Shown: positions 1 through 9,055, counted from the first letter of the stretch. The stretch: DNA of 64,000 nt from an uncultured virus (IMG/VR IMGVR_UViG_3300039159_000181) (IMGVR_UViG_3300039159_000181), one strand, 5' to 3'. Numbers and translations: made by a program. Notes: generated from the sequence alone by a model not told the origin.

Positions 1-1
1 C

Positions 2-1249
2 ACCTGCGCTGACCAGCGCGGTGACCGTCATGACCCGAACGCTGACGCTCGGCCTGCGGGTCGGCGAGAGCAGGAACGCCTGACCAAGGATGCACAGCAG
101 ACCGAGAAGGATGCCGACGACCTGACTGACGACGAGCCTGACTGGGGCACCGACGCTGACAGCCCGCGTGATGCAGACGACGCTGACGGCGACGACGGTG
201 AAGCTGACGACGGTGACGGTGACGACGGTGACGGTGACGACGGTGACGGTGACGCTGACGGTGACGGTGACGGCGACGAGGGTGCTGAGGGTGACACTGA
301 CGGCGACGGTGGTGGCTCCCTGGCAGGCACCAAGGCGGGCGCTGAGGCGGCAGAGAAGGCACTGCAGGATGCCCTCGACGGAGCCTACGAGGCCGTGAAG
401 GATGAGGTCTCCCGTGACCTGCGCGCCTTCAACGGCGATGCAGAGCTCGCTGAGGGCGGCACCTCACACCTGGCCCCCTACATCGGCTACACCGAGCGCG
501 CGGCAGAGGCCATGACAGTGCGGGCAAGCCAGGCGTTTGGCACGGAGCTAGAACTCCTCAAGGCTGAGTCTGACCCCGGTTGGGAGCGGATGACAGGGTC
601 AGGCCGCATCAACGCCGCGCGCTACCTGCGGGGTGCTGACCTGGACGAAGCCTTCGACCGCTGGGAGAGCGACAAGGAAGACAGCCTCGACATTGAGGCG
701 GTCATCCTGCTCGACCACAGCGGCTCGATGGAGAGCGACATGGCCGGAGCTAACGACTCGATGTGGGCCATCAAGCGCGCTCTTGACCGCATCAACGCCA
801 GCACGACGGTGATTCTGTTCAACGAGGATGCTCATATCCTCTACTCCGCAGACGAGACCGCCACGAGCCGTGTGCGCGCCGCAAAGTCTTCCGGGGGGAC
901 AGTGCCCGGTACGGCACTGCGGCACGCTCGGCACATCCTGGCCAACTCCGGTCGCACGACGAAGATTCTCCTGTCCATCACGGACGGGGAGTGGAGCGCG
1001 ACCAAGGGCTGGTGGGGGAGTAGCAACGCCGTAGAGAGCGCCCGCGAAGCTACCCAGCCGGATAACAACGACGAGGTCGTCAGCGAGTTGCGGGAACACG
1101 GGGTACTCACCGCTATCTGCCACATTGGCCGAGCGTGGGGGGAGCCTGACGCGCACAACCACGAGGTCGTCATTCAACTGACGGACACCACGAAACTGTT
1201 CGCGGTAGCACGCGGACTCGTTCGAGCGGTAGCCGCACGCAATAACTAA
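2..1249 (+). CDS. VWA (MIDAS) domain protein, CobT-like, with long Asp/Gly acidic linker; 5' truncated
   Basis: The frame of ORF 395..1249 is open back to position 2 (…DADGDDGEADDGDGDD…). MIDAS motif LLDHSGS…GGT…ITDG. Confidence 0.8.
   Translation, partial: TCADQRGDRHDPNADARPAGRREQERLTKDAQQTEKDADDLTDDEPDWGTDADSPRDADDADGDDGEADDGDGDDGDGDDGDGDADGDGDGDEGAEGDTDGDGGGSLAGTKAGAEAAEKALQDALDGAYEAVKDEVSRDLRAFNGDAELAEGGTSHLAPYIGYTERAAEAMTVRASQAFGTELELLKAESDPGWERMTGSGRINAARYLRGADLDEAFDRWESDKEDSLDIEAVILLDHSGSMESDMAGANDSMWAIKRALDRINASTTVILFNEDAHILYSADETATSRVRAAKSSGGTVPGTALRHARHILANSGRTTKILLSITDGEWSATKGWWGSSNAVESAREATQPDNNDEVVSELREHGVLTAICHIGRAWGEPDAHNHEVVIQLTDTTKLFAVARGLVRAVAARNN
175..312 (+). repeat. Coding low-complexity GAC/GGT tandem repeat (Asp-Gly tract)
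   Basis: Repeated gacggtgacgacggt units, in frame in the VWA gene. Confidence 0.85.
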
Positions 1250-1304
1250 GCACCACGGGCGGGGAGCCACTCTCCCCGCCCGCACCAACCTAGAGGAGAA
1301 CAAC

Positions 1305-2060
1305 ATGTTGAACGCAGACTTTCAGAAGCTGGTCAAGAAGGGCACTGGCGCAGACTACTTCGCCGTCATCAAGCCGAACGTGTCGGTACGGGCAGGCACC
1401 TCCTGGACGACGGAGAATGTCCCCGCCGAGAAGATAGTAAAGGCGAGACTGATGTTCACCTTCGGAGTTAGCTCCGACACGCACCGCATCACCGGCTACA
1501 CAACCTCACCCGGCTCCTCTGTGGGCCTCGTCGGCCCCGGTCACTGGCCCGTGGAGGTGCAAGAGATGAACGCGCCTAGCTGGGACGATGCGCTGGATGG
1601 GTGGCGAGCACGCAAGGCTCCCGACGGGCAGAGAACGAAATACTACGTCTTCGTCGTCGACGACGCTCAGGGCTTGGCCGCGGGCATCTTCGCGGTGCCG
1701 GTCAAGCATGTCGTCGGTGCCTGGGATGCCGCAGTCGACGCTCGCTTTCACGCCGAGGCCATCGCCAAGAAGGCCGAGACAGACCTGGCCAAAGAGCGAG
1801 AAGACCGCGTGGAGATTGCCAGAACGCAGGGCGAGTCGGCCATGAATCACCGCGTGCTGGCCATCAACGACTTTGTCGCTGAGGTGGTGGGCAAGCCTGA
1901 CTCGGTGCGCGTCACCGCCAAGGGCAGTGTCGGCTGGGACAGCATCCTCGACCGAGCACGATTCACCGTCGCTGGCACAGTGACGATGACCATTGCCGAC
2001 TTCAACCGTGTGCTCAATACCATCAGCGAGTTGAAGACTGAACTCGCTGACCGAGGGTAG
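1305..2060 (+). CDS. Hypothetical phage protein
   Basis: 251-aa ORF with RBS GAGGAG. Confidence 0.8.
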   Translation: MLNADFQKLVKKGTGADYFAVIKPNVSVRAGTSWTTENVPAEKIVKARLMFTFGVSSDTHRITGYTTSPGSSVGLVGPGHWPVEVQEMNAPSWDDALDGWRARKAPDGQRTKYYVFVVDDAQGLAAGIFAVPVKHVVGAWDAAVDARFHAEAIAKKAETDLAKEREDRVEIARTQGESAMNHRVLAINDFVAEVVGKPDSVRVTAKGSVGWDSILDRARFTVAGTVTMTIADFNRVLNTISELKTELADRG

Positions 2061-2138
2061 CCACGCTGTACCGGGGGGCGGGCAAGCCCCGCCCCCTGCG
2101 ACCCCCACCCGCCACAAACAACTCCAAAGGAGGTAATC

Positions 2139-2900
2139 ATGACCATCACAGACCATACCGAGAACGTGACATTCGACACCTACCGCTACCTGCAGGATGG
2201 CCTCGACTATTGGCCGGTGTGCAAGCGTTGCGGGGGCACCGGCAACGTCGGCATCTACTGGGTCGAAGGCGGTAGCTGTTTCGACTGCCGCGGTCGTGGC
2301 ACAACCGCGCGAGTTCCACTGACGGAAACCCAGGCCCGCACGCGGGCACAGCAACTCAACCGCTCACGAGATGCCCGCGTGGCAAAGCGCGCGAGCGAGC
2401 AGGAGAGCGGCCTTGCCACCGCGCTCGCTCTGCGAGCAGCGTTTGAAGCTGCGCATCCGGAGCTTGTCGGCGCACTGCAGTCGGCTCAGGGTGGCTTCTT
2501 GGAACGACTGCGCGAGGCGCTGGAGCAGAGCGGAACGCTCACCGCGAACCAAGTCAAGGCAGGCCTCGACGTGATGGCCAGCGATGCCGAGAGGGCACTC
2601 CTGCGGGATGAACGAAGCCTCCTCAGCCACGCTCTCGGTGAGCCGGGGGAGAAGGTCGCAGTCACCGGCACCATCGAGACCCTGACCAGCATTGCGGGAA
2701 GCTACGGAAGCTCGATGCTGGTGGTCTTGGTCACTGATGGGCAGGTCGTCGTCAAGACCTTCACCACAGCGGCATGGGGCTGGGAGGTATCGCGCGGGGA
2801 GCGGGTAACCCTGGCAGGAACCGTCAAGAAGAACGAGACCTACCAGGGCGTGACTGCCTCGGTACTGACTCGGTGCAAGAAGACAGCGGCAAGCGCGTGA
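2139..2900 (+). CDS. Hypothetical protein, N-terminal CxxCxGxG zinc finger, possible C-terminal OB-fold
   Basis: RBS AAGGAGG; CKRCGGTG…CFDCRGRG; beta-rich C-terminus. Confidence 0.75.
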   Translation: MTITDHTENVTFDTYRYLQDGLDYWPVCKRCGGTGNVGIYWVEGGSCFDCRGRGTTARVPLTETQARTRAQQLNRSRDARVAKRASEQESGLATALALRAAFEAAHPELVGALQSAQGGFLERLREALEQSGTLTANQVKAGLDVMASDAERALLRDERSLLSHALGEPGEKVAVTGTIETLTSIAGSYGSSMLVVLVTDGQVVVKTFTTAAWGWEVSRGERVTLAGTVKKNETYQGVTASVLTRCKKTAASA

Positions 2901-2986
2901 GGCGGCTCGGGCAGGTCATCGGCGTTCTCATCCTTGTAGGGCTGTACCTCGTAGCGGGAAGTATCTGCGAAGTTCCAGCTTGCTAA
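2897..2986 (+). CDS. Small putative membrane peptide (29 aa)
   Basis: GTGA overlap with the upstream stop; MRRLGQVIGVLILVGLYLVAGSICEVPAC. Confidence 0.5.
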   Translation: MRRLGQVIGVLILVGLYLVAGSICEVPAC

Positions 2987-3042
2987 GCACTCGGGGGGCA
3001 AACCCCCCAGACCCCCCACCAACACCGACGAAAGGCACGACC

Positions 3043-3213
3043 ATGATGAACATGCTAGAAGGCTCCGCGAGTGTGGGGGAGTGGCGCGTCCGTGTACAGG
3101 GCGAATGGGTGTTCACGGGAACCCGCAAAGAAGCGCGTCGTCAGGCTGATGCTGAGGCTGAACGGGAGTGGCAACCCGACGCGAAAGTGACCATAAGGAT
3201 TGTCAAGAACTAG
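3043..3213 (+). CDS. Small hypothetical protein
   Basis: GAAAGG RBS before ATG at 3043. Confidence 0.7.
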   Translation: MMNMLEGSASVGEWRVRVQGEWVFTGTRKEARRQADAEAEREWQPDAKVTIRIVKN

Positions 3214-3215
3214 CA

Positions 3216-3265
3216 GGTCGAAACCGCGAGAGCGGTCTTGGGGTGATGCCCCAACTGACGAGACC
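3216..3265 (+). ncRNA. Type II hammerhead ribozyme
   Basis: GGUC-GAAA-CCGC(GAGA)GCGG-UC^-UUGGGG(UGAUG)CCCCAA-CUGACGA-GACC. All conserved core nucleotides and three perfectly paired stems are present. Confidence 0.93.
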
Positions 3266-3276
3266 AAGGAGTCATC

Positions 3277-3672
3277 ATGCACCTCAGCACCCGCAGTGCG
3301 GCAAAGCGCCGAGAGCAAGCCATCAAGATTCTGCAGGCCCGAGTGGCTCTGCGGATGACAGCCTTTCCGGAGGTCTTCCCTGGAGGAGAGAACCTCCTGC
3401 GGCTGAGCCTCGAACGACTCGATGAGTACACCTCGCGGAAAGACCCGTTCGTCGTTACGCGGAGGGTCTATCTGCCCACATTTCGAGAGCACCAACGGCT
3501 CAGCAACCTGGGGTTAACTGAGGTCGAGTACATGTTGGAAACTATCTCTCGCGGGTGGCTCCTACTTGCCACAGCGGAGACCTCAAAGGTCAGCATCACT
3601 CCCCAGAGCATCATCGAGTACAAACCCCTAAGCCGATTCTTCAAGAAGGAGAGCACCAATGAAGCTGTTTAG
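3277..3672 (+). CDS. Hypothetical protein
   Basis: AAGGAG RBS immediately after the hammerhead. Confidence 0.75.
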   Translation: MHLSTRSAAKRREQAIKILQARVALRMTAFPEVFPGGENLLRLSLERLDEYTSRKDPFVVTRRVYLPTFREHQRLSNLGLTEVEYMLETISRGWLLLATAETSKVSITPQSIIEYKPLSRFFKKESTNEAV

Positions 3673-4045
3673 CCTGTTCCGTAAGAACCACCTCGTCCAG
3701 CAGATTGCAAGCGACAGCGGAGCAACCACCCTCACGCTCAACAGCGCCTACGCAGAAGAACGGCGAGCGCGAAACGCGCACTGGTGGGCGTGCGCTACCG
3801 AAGCAGTAGAGCGGCTCGTGCTGAGGAACCGCCCCTTCACCGCAGACGATGTCTGGTACGAGTTGCGGGCCACGCGGCCCGAAGCACAGACCACCGACAA
3901 CCGAGCAATGGGGAGCGTCATGCAGGCCGCATGCCGCGATGGTCTCATCGTGCCTACCGCGGAGTTTCGAGCCAGCAACCGCCGCTCGACGCATCGTAAC
4001 CCAAAGCGCGTTTGGGCACCGGCACCCGCGGGAGGCACCGTGTGA
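3659..4045 (+). CDS. Hypothetical protein, possible winged-helix
   Basis: RBS AAGGAG; FTADDVW…NRAMGSVM…GLI pattern. Confidence 0.7.
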   Translation: MKLFSLFRKNHLVQQIASDSGATTLTLNSAYAEERRARNAHWWACATEAVERLVLRNRPFTADDVWYELRATRPEAQTTDNRAMGSVMQAACRDGLIVPTAEFRASNRRSTHRNPKRVWAPAPAGGTV

Positions 4046-4263
4046 GCCTCCGTAAGGAGATGAAGCAACTCCAAGAAGAGGCTACCAATCAGGGGTGGGA
4101 AGTGCGCATCCTCACTTCCGGTCATTTATGCTGGGTCTCCCCCGAGGGCCGAAAGGTGTTCGGGGCACAGACACCCTCAGACCCCCGCGCAATACTCAAC
4201 CACCGCTCGATACTCCGCAGGTACGGGTTCCGAGTCGTGGCACTCCAGGAGAAGTCAAAGTGA
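4042..4263 (+). CDS. HicA-like protein
   Basis: GTGA overlap; 73 aa with GWEVRILTSGH…TPSD…LRRYG, typical of phage HicA-like proteins. Confidence 0.65.
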   Translation: MSLRKEMKQLQEEATNQGWEVRILTSGHLCWVSPEGRKVFGAQTPSDPRAILNHRSILRRYGFRVVALQEKSK

Positions 4264-4278
4264 AGCACAAGAAGGAGA

Positions 4279-4500
4279 ATGACAATGTCGAACAGCACAT
4301 CGCCTCACACCATTGGTGGCGAGGTCTACTTAACCGGAAAGGAGCTCGCCATTCACGTCGGGTTCCCCTACCCACAGCTTTGGACGCGGCTCGCAAGAGG
4401 CACCCTGCCTTTAGCGGACGTGAACCTGGGTCTCAAGCCGCTCTGGAAGATGAGCAACGTCGACGTCTGGCTCAAGGAGCGGGAGGAAGCGAAGCCGTGA
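4279..4500 (+). CDS. AlpA/excisionase-like HTH DNA-binding protein
   Basis: YLTGKELA…LP…PLWKMSNVDVWL. Confidence 0.7.
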   Translation: MTMSNSTSPHTIGGEVYLTGKELAIHVGFPYPQLWTRLARGTLPLADVNLGLKPLWKMSNVDVWLKEREEAKP

Positions 4501-4823
4501 GCAACCTAGCACCACAGCTTCGCGCGGCCATCGAGGTTCTGGAGCAGCTTCGGGCTGACAGCACCCCGGTGGCCGGGGCAGGCTCGGCGGCGGGAGAGGT
4601 CGCGGGGTGGGAACAGGCGCACCGAGTCCTCAGCCTGCACCGGCTGTTAGATGCCCAGACGCAGTCACTGCAGGCAGGCTTGGTGTGGGTGCAAGAGTTC
4701 GAGAGCAATCCCGACATGGTCTACCGTGACGGACGCAGAATGCCGGTAGACCGACTCTTCAAAGCCACCCCCGATGGGCGAGCATGCCTACGGCTCGTCG
4801 AAGCACTACTCACCGCGAAGTAG
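4497..4823 (+). CDS. Hypothetical protein
   Basis: GTGA overlap start; 3' part of the 4095..4823 ORF. Confidence 0.65.
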   Translation: MSNLAPQLRAAIEVLEQLRADSTPVAGAGSAAGEVAGWEQAHRVLSLHRLLDAQTQSLQAGLVWVQEFESNPDMVYRDGRRMPVDRLFKATPDGRACLRLVEALLTAK

Positions 4824-4839
4824 CGCCCCAGGCGCGCAC

Positions 4840-4888
4840 AAAGCCCCCCACTTCCGAGCAATCGGTGGTGGGGGGCTTTTCGTGTTTC
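4840..4888. terminator. Intrinsic terminator between convergent transcription units
   Basis: AAAGCCCCCCAC…GTGGGGGGCTTTT hairpin with flanking A/T runs. Confidence 0.8.
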
Positions 4889-4944
4889 AGCGTGTCTTAC
4901 CTGCGGCTACCCGAAGCCGAGCCTCGGACGAGCCTGTTATCAAC

Positions 4945-6474
4945 TCAGATGTCTTCTAGCGCCTGCTGGATAATGAGCGTGGTCTGCTCCTCTGAGAGCT
5001 TCGCAGGCTCATCCCTGACGGCCTGAGCCTGGTTGCCAAAGATGCGGCTGAGCACCCCCCCGGAGGACTGCCGCTCGATGGTAATGCGCTCGAACTCTCG
5101 GTTCTCATCCATCTTTTTCATGGTCGAAACGAGCTTGAAGAGGCGGTCTACTTCTTGACTTAGGTTGGGGTCGCTGTAGCCGCCTCCGACATCCTCCGCG
5201 AACTTCATGAAGGCCACCCGTTGCCCCTGCATCTCAACAACGGACAGGAGAAGCGCCTTCAACTGGTCGGCAGTTTGTACCTGTACCGGAAGGTTAAACG
5301 CGCAGACCGAACCGGGCTTGAAAGCGGGGCAGTTGGCCGCGACAAAGCAGGTGTCGCACTGCCGCATGCTGGTCGCCTGAGAGCGCATCATGGGCAAGTC
5401 TTTGAGCGTCTGTGTGCCGTCCTCTGCGACGTCGATAACCTTCTGTATCTCGATACCTACCCCAGGCAGAATTGTCATCTCCTGGGGGTCACGAGGGGCC
5501 GGAGGAGTGGCACTAACATTCCGCACTCCGACATCACTGTTAGTAGATGCCCCTATGCCCATTTCCATCAAACCGGTGTATAGGGTGTCATCACTGTTAT
5601 CAGCTACTTTCTTGCCCTCGCCCGGTGTGCGACCCCCGGGGATGGAAGTAAGTCTCTTTTTACGCTCTTCTTTGTCCATGGCAATCTCCAGTTGACGGTA
5701 TGACCACACAGCAACCTTGGTGGCTTCCAGGGTGTCGTCATCGAGGAACTTCTCAAAGTCCAAGCCAGCGCCCGTGACTAAGCTCTTGTACCGAGGCCGA
5801 GCCTGCGCCTTCATTCGCTTGGGATAGCGGACAAGCTTGGAGCCGTCCCAGACAATGGTCTCGCCACGGCGCATCGGGGAGAGCCACGAGAGCGTGCTGG
5901 CGGTGCTAAACGGAATCTGCCGGAGGTTGTCGGGCTTAGCCACGGCGAGAGCGTGGAAGGCCACAGGGTACTGCGTCTGCAACTGGCGCGTGATGCCCGC
6001 AAGGTTTGTGGCGGATTCGACCGTGGCCCCGGGGATAGCGATGTTCGCGTATGACTCCGCCCACCTCCGTAAGACGGGGATACCGTAGCTTTCGTGCCAC
6101 ACCACCCACATCTTCGGGTCGTTCTCAAAAGCTGCGCGGTTAGCCGCAATGGCCGGAAGCCCCAGCTTCTGACTGTCAAACTCGACCCAGCCCTCGATGC
6201 GGTCGTAGTTGTAGGCAATGAAGTCTTCGTACTCACCGGCGTACTCATCACGCTCTCGGACAGTGAGTTCAGCCTTGTCGGCTTGAACAGAGCCGCTGTC
6301 TATCCAGACCTTCATCTCGGGAAGGAAGTGCTCCCCCACAAGGTACGGCTTCGTCTTAGGCAGGCCGCGCTTGCGCAACCCCCAGAAGTTGAGCATGACG
6401 GAGTCGACTCCTGCGCGCTCCAACAGGGTGCGGTTAGAGGGAACCTCTACCCCGCCAAAGACAAGAGCGGTCAT
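4945..6474 (-). CDS. TGT/DpdA-like barrel (divergent) fused to a Cys4 cluster and helical C-terminus
   Basis: VWIDSG; FHALA…PFSTASTLSW resembles the HGLG…SVDSTSW motif; CDTCFVAANC…C. Confidence 0.5.
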   Translation of the reverse strand: MTALVFGGVEVPSNRTLLERAGVDSVMLNFWGLRKRGLPKTKPYLVGEHFLPEMKVWIDSGSVQADKAELTVRERDEYAGEYEDFIAYNYDRIEGWVEFDSQKLGLPAIAANRAAFENDPKMWVVWHESYGIPVLRRWAESYANIAIPGATVESATNLAGITRQLQTQYPVAFHALAVAKPDNLRQIPFSTASTLSWLSPMRRGETIVWDGSKLVRYPKRMKAQARPRYKSLVTGAGLDFEKFLDDDTLEATKVAVWSYRQLEIAMDKEERKKRLTSIPGGRTPGEGKKVADNSDDTLYTGLMEMGIGASTNSDVGVRNVSATPPAPRDPQEMTILPGVGIEIQKVIDVAEDGTQTLKDLPMMRSQATSMRQCDTCFVAANCPAFKPGSVCAFNLPVQVQTADQLKALLLSVVEMQGQRVAFMKFAEDVGGGYSDPNLSQEVDRLFKLVSTMKKMDENREFERITIERQSSGGVLSRIFGNQAQAVRDEPAKLSEEQTTLIIQQALEDI

Positions 6475-6965
6475 CGGTCGTTCCCGAAGTTGACACCCTC
6501 GGTGCGCTTGACGCGAGCATCCTGCGTGCGCTGGGTGTTCTGCTTCTCGATAGCCGCCTCGATTTCCCCCCAGGAACGAAACGCCCGCGGGGCATCGGGG
6601 CGAAACTCTGCTCGTAGATACGAGGGGACACCGAACATGACGCTGGGGATGCCAAGGTCAAAGGCGAACGCCCACAGGGTGGGGTTCGAAGTGATGAAGA
6701 GGTCTATCGACCCACGAGAACGGGCGGCGGTAATTTGGCGCTTGGGAAGCTCCTCGTCGACGAGGCCAATGGAGGTATCCACGATGTCATCGAAGTCGAC
6801 AATCTTGTTGATGTCGAGCCACCGCTCAGTGTCGATGCGCGGTGACGACGACATGAGAACGAGCTGGTTGAAGACGGTCAGCGTACCGACAAGAATTACT
6901 CCCGTGGCAATAGGCTCCTCAGCCCTGCCCCGCATAACTCCGTCAATCTCCACAAGAATACGCAT
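6471..6965 (-). CDS. HAD-like protein with degenerate motif I
   Basis: N-terminal ILVEIDGV (DxDG-like); leaderless start. Confidence 0.5.
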   Translation of the reverse strand: MRILVEIDGVMRGRAEEPIATGVILVGTLTVFNQLVLMSSSPRIDTERWLDINKIVDFDDIVDTSIGLVDEELPKRQITAARSRGSIDLFITSNPTLWAFAFDLGIPSVMFGVPSYLRAEFRPDAPRAFRSWGEIEAAIEKQNTQRTQDARVKRTEGVNFGNDR

Positions 6966-7003
6966 AGGCCCATCTTAACGACGATTGTTCTCAGCCGCGG
7001 GGG

Positions 7004-7918
7004 CTAAGCACCCCCACGAACGTACTGCAGTGCCGCACGGCGGATGAGGACATCTGCCGCCGGAAGCTCGGCTCCGTAGAGCTCCATCTCGCGCTTGGAG
7101 TTCATAGACGAGATGTGCTCCCGCAGAACCCTGAGCATCGGGATAGTGCCCGAACGCTTAGCGGCCTGCCAGCGGTAGTTGTGGAAGTCGTTGTAGCCCT
7201 CGCCCTGCGGGGAAAACGCCAGCACGCGGTTCTGGTGAATCTCGTCAAAGAGGGCGTCACCCTGCTGAGCTGCGGCCAGAAGACGAACCTCTACATTGCG
7301 GCGTTGGGGGCCTGCGCGGGTGTTGTCCCAGTCCTGCTTAGCCTGGAGGAAGCGTGCGGAGGCTTGCGCGGCCATCACTCGGTCATTGTGCGCCACAGAC
7401 TCCCACGCGGGAGGGCTCGGTGCGGTAGCTCCGGGGTCGGGGGTGACTGTCCACTCATTGAACTTCAAGTCGTACGCCGCGTAGGGGTGAATGGTGCGGA
7501 TGTCCGTGGCTCCGGGGTTGACGTAGAACGTCACCTCGTAGTTATTCCAGTTAGCTGTTTTCGGCTGGAGTCCAGTGCGGAACTCCTCGTTCATTTGAAA
7601 GCTAATCTCCCGGTCAGACAGGCCGGAGTACTCGGGATTGGCGCGACGGAAGTCAACGTAGTCAACGCCGACGAGAACATCGAGGTCTCCCGGCGAGCGA
7701 GCCGCTTCCCACTGGTACGAGACCCCCGAGCCCGCAATCCAGGCGTGGCTCCAAAGTTCGGCGTGGCGGTACTCTTTGGCATAAAAGTCGTACAGCAGCG
7801 TGAGAAGTCCCTGACGGACCCAACTGCGAATGGTTCGGCCCTCAAACAGGGTCGGGTCGAGAATCTGTGACGGCGCACTAAAGTACGACGTCGGGTAGTT
7901 CTCGCTGAAAGAATCCAT
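7004..7918 (-). CDS. Pol-beta superfamily nucleotidyltransferase
   Basis: IAGSGVSY…GDLDVLV (GS + DxD) and a downstream YEVTFYV strand. Confidence 0.75.
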   Translation of the reverse strand: MDSFSENYPTSYFSAPSQILDPTLFEGRTIRSWVRQGLLTLLYDFYAKEYRHAELWSHAWIAGSGVSYQWEAARSPGDLDVLVGVDYVDFRRANPEYSGLSDREISFQMNEEFRTGLQPKTANWNNYEVTFYVNPGATDIRTIHPYAAYDLKFNEWTVTPDPGATAPSPPAWESVAHNDRVMAAQASARFLQAKQDWDNTRAGPQRRNVEVRLLAAAQQGDALFDEIHQNRVLAFSPQGEGYNDFHNYRWQAAKRSGTIPMLRVLREHISSMNSKREMELYGAELPAADVLIRRAALQYVRGGA

Positions 7919-7959
7919 ACTTTCAGTTTAGGGCGTTTCCGCTCCTTTGGAGATGCTAC

Positions 7960-8379
7960 CTACGCGTGAGGGTCTTTGATAGAAAGCTCAATGCCGCGCT
8001 CGGCCAGCGCCAGACGAAGGGTGTCGGCCTGAGTCGCAGGGGTCGCCATCTGCGACGACATCATGGACTGAAGGACATTAGCAACGCTGTCGATGATGAC
8101 ACCGTTGTTCATCTCCGTCGCAATCTTCTGGCAGGTAGAGATGATGTCGGCGGAGGTGGCGTAGCGGTCGACCTCGGGGGGCTTGACTGGGAGTTCTGAG
8201 GTGCGCAGTACAACACAGCCGTCGTGCTGTACTTCTACCATGAAGTAGAAGACGGCCTTGTGGGCTTCCGGGTTCTCGGACGACTCAGAAGTCTCGTCCT
8301 GGGGTGCCGCGTCGACGTGGTCGTCGGCCTCGGTGACGGGGAAGGAGTCTTCGGGGGAGTGTGCCTGGTCGTGTTCCAT
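7960..8379 (-). CDS. Hypothetical protein
   Basis: 139-aa ORF in operon. Confidence 0.7.
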   Translation of the reverse strand: MEHDQAHSPEDSFPVTEADDHVDAAPQDETSESSENPEAHKAVFYFMVEVQHDGCVVLRTSELPVKPPEVDRYATSADIISTCQKIATEMNNGVIIDSVANVLQSMMSSQMATPATQADTLRLALAERGIELSIKDPHA

Positions 8380-8387
8380 GATGTCCC

Positions 8388-8951
8388 TTAGTTGTCGTAG
8401 AGGCCTGCGAGCGCACGCCTCTTTGTGGTCATAACGCTTTGCATGGGGCAGAAGTTACACAGGTAGGTCTTCGGTCCCCCCGAGTTGGCGGGGTCTGGCA
8501 TACCAAGAGCTATGCGCTCCTTTTTGGTCTCTGGCAGGAGCCGCTTCTCGGGAGTCTGGTAGTCCGGGCAGGAGTCCGTCGGACGTAGGTGGTAGGAGTA
8601 GCAGGACATAGCGTCTTCTGCGAACTGCATCTTGGTGCTGTAGAAGTCGCCCTCTTCGGTCATGGCATCGAGACCCGAAGAGCCCCCGCCGCGCAGTTGC
8701 TTGATTATCTCTTTGCGCTGTGACTCGTTTGCCCACGTCTTAACCGGAAGCAGGAAGAGTTTGCCTTTGTGCGGGTCACCGCTGGGGAAGCGGTGGCGCT
8801 CGACGGTAATCTCCAGGAGGTCGTCGGTCTCGGGAGGCCCATCATGCGGAGGTAACTCGTCAATCGAGTTGCAGACAAAACAAAAGAGGAGCCGAATAAT
8901 CGGTCCCCCGTGCTCGAACTCGCGCTTACCGATGAGGGGTGCGTCAGCCAT
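8388..8951 (-). CDS. Cys-rich hypothetical protein (putative Zn-binding)
   Basis: CFVC, CYSYH, CPDY, CNFC; GGAG RBS before MADAP. Confidence 0.75.
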   Translation of the reverse strand: MADAPLIGKREFEHGGPIIRLLFCFVCNSIDELPPHDGPPETDDLLEITVERHRFPSGDPHKGKLFLLPVKTWANESQRKEIIKQLRGGGSSGLDAMTEEGDFYSTKMQFAEDAMSCYSYHLRPTDSCPDYQTPEKRLLPETKKERIALGMPDPANSGGPKTYLCNFCPMQSVMTTKRRALAGLYDN

Positions 8952-9007
8952 GTAATTCTCCAATTAGTGGTCGTCAAAAAGCCTAGCAGGTTGACAACAG
9001 AAACAGT

Positions 9008-9046
9008 TTCGCTCCAGGAGGTAGGTAACCACACCCCTGGAGCGAA
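9008..9046 (-). terminator. Hairpin terminator
   Basis: TTCGCTCCAGG…CCTGGAGCGAA followed by CTGTTT on the - strand. Confidence 0.65.
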
Positions 9047-9055
9047 CACCTCAGC

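Noticed and set aside
175..312. Tandem repeat as a CRISPR or non-coding array, and the 28..333 and 168..398 ORFs
   Set aside because: It is an in-frame Asp/Gly linker of the VWA gene; the other ORFs are shadow frames.
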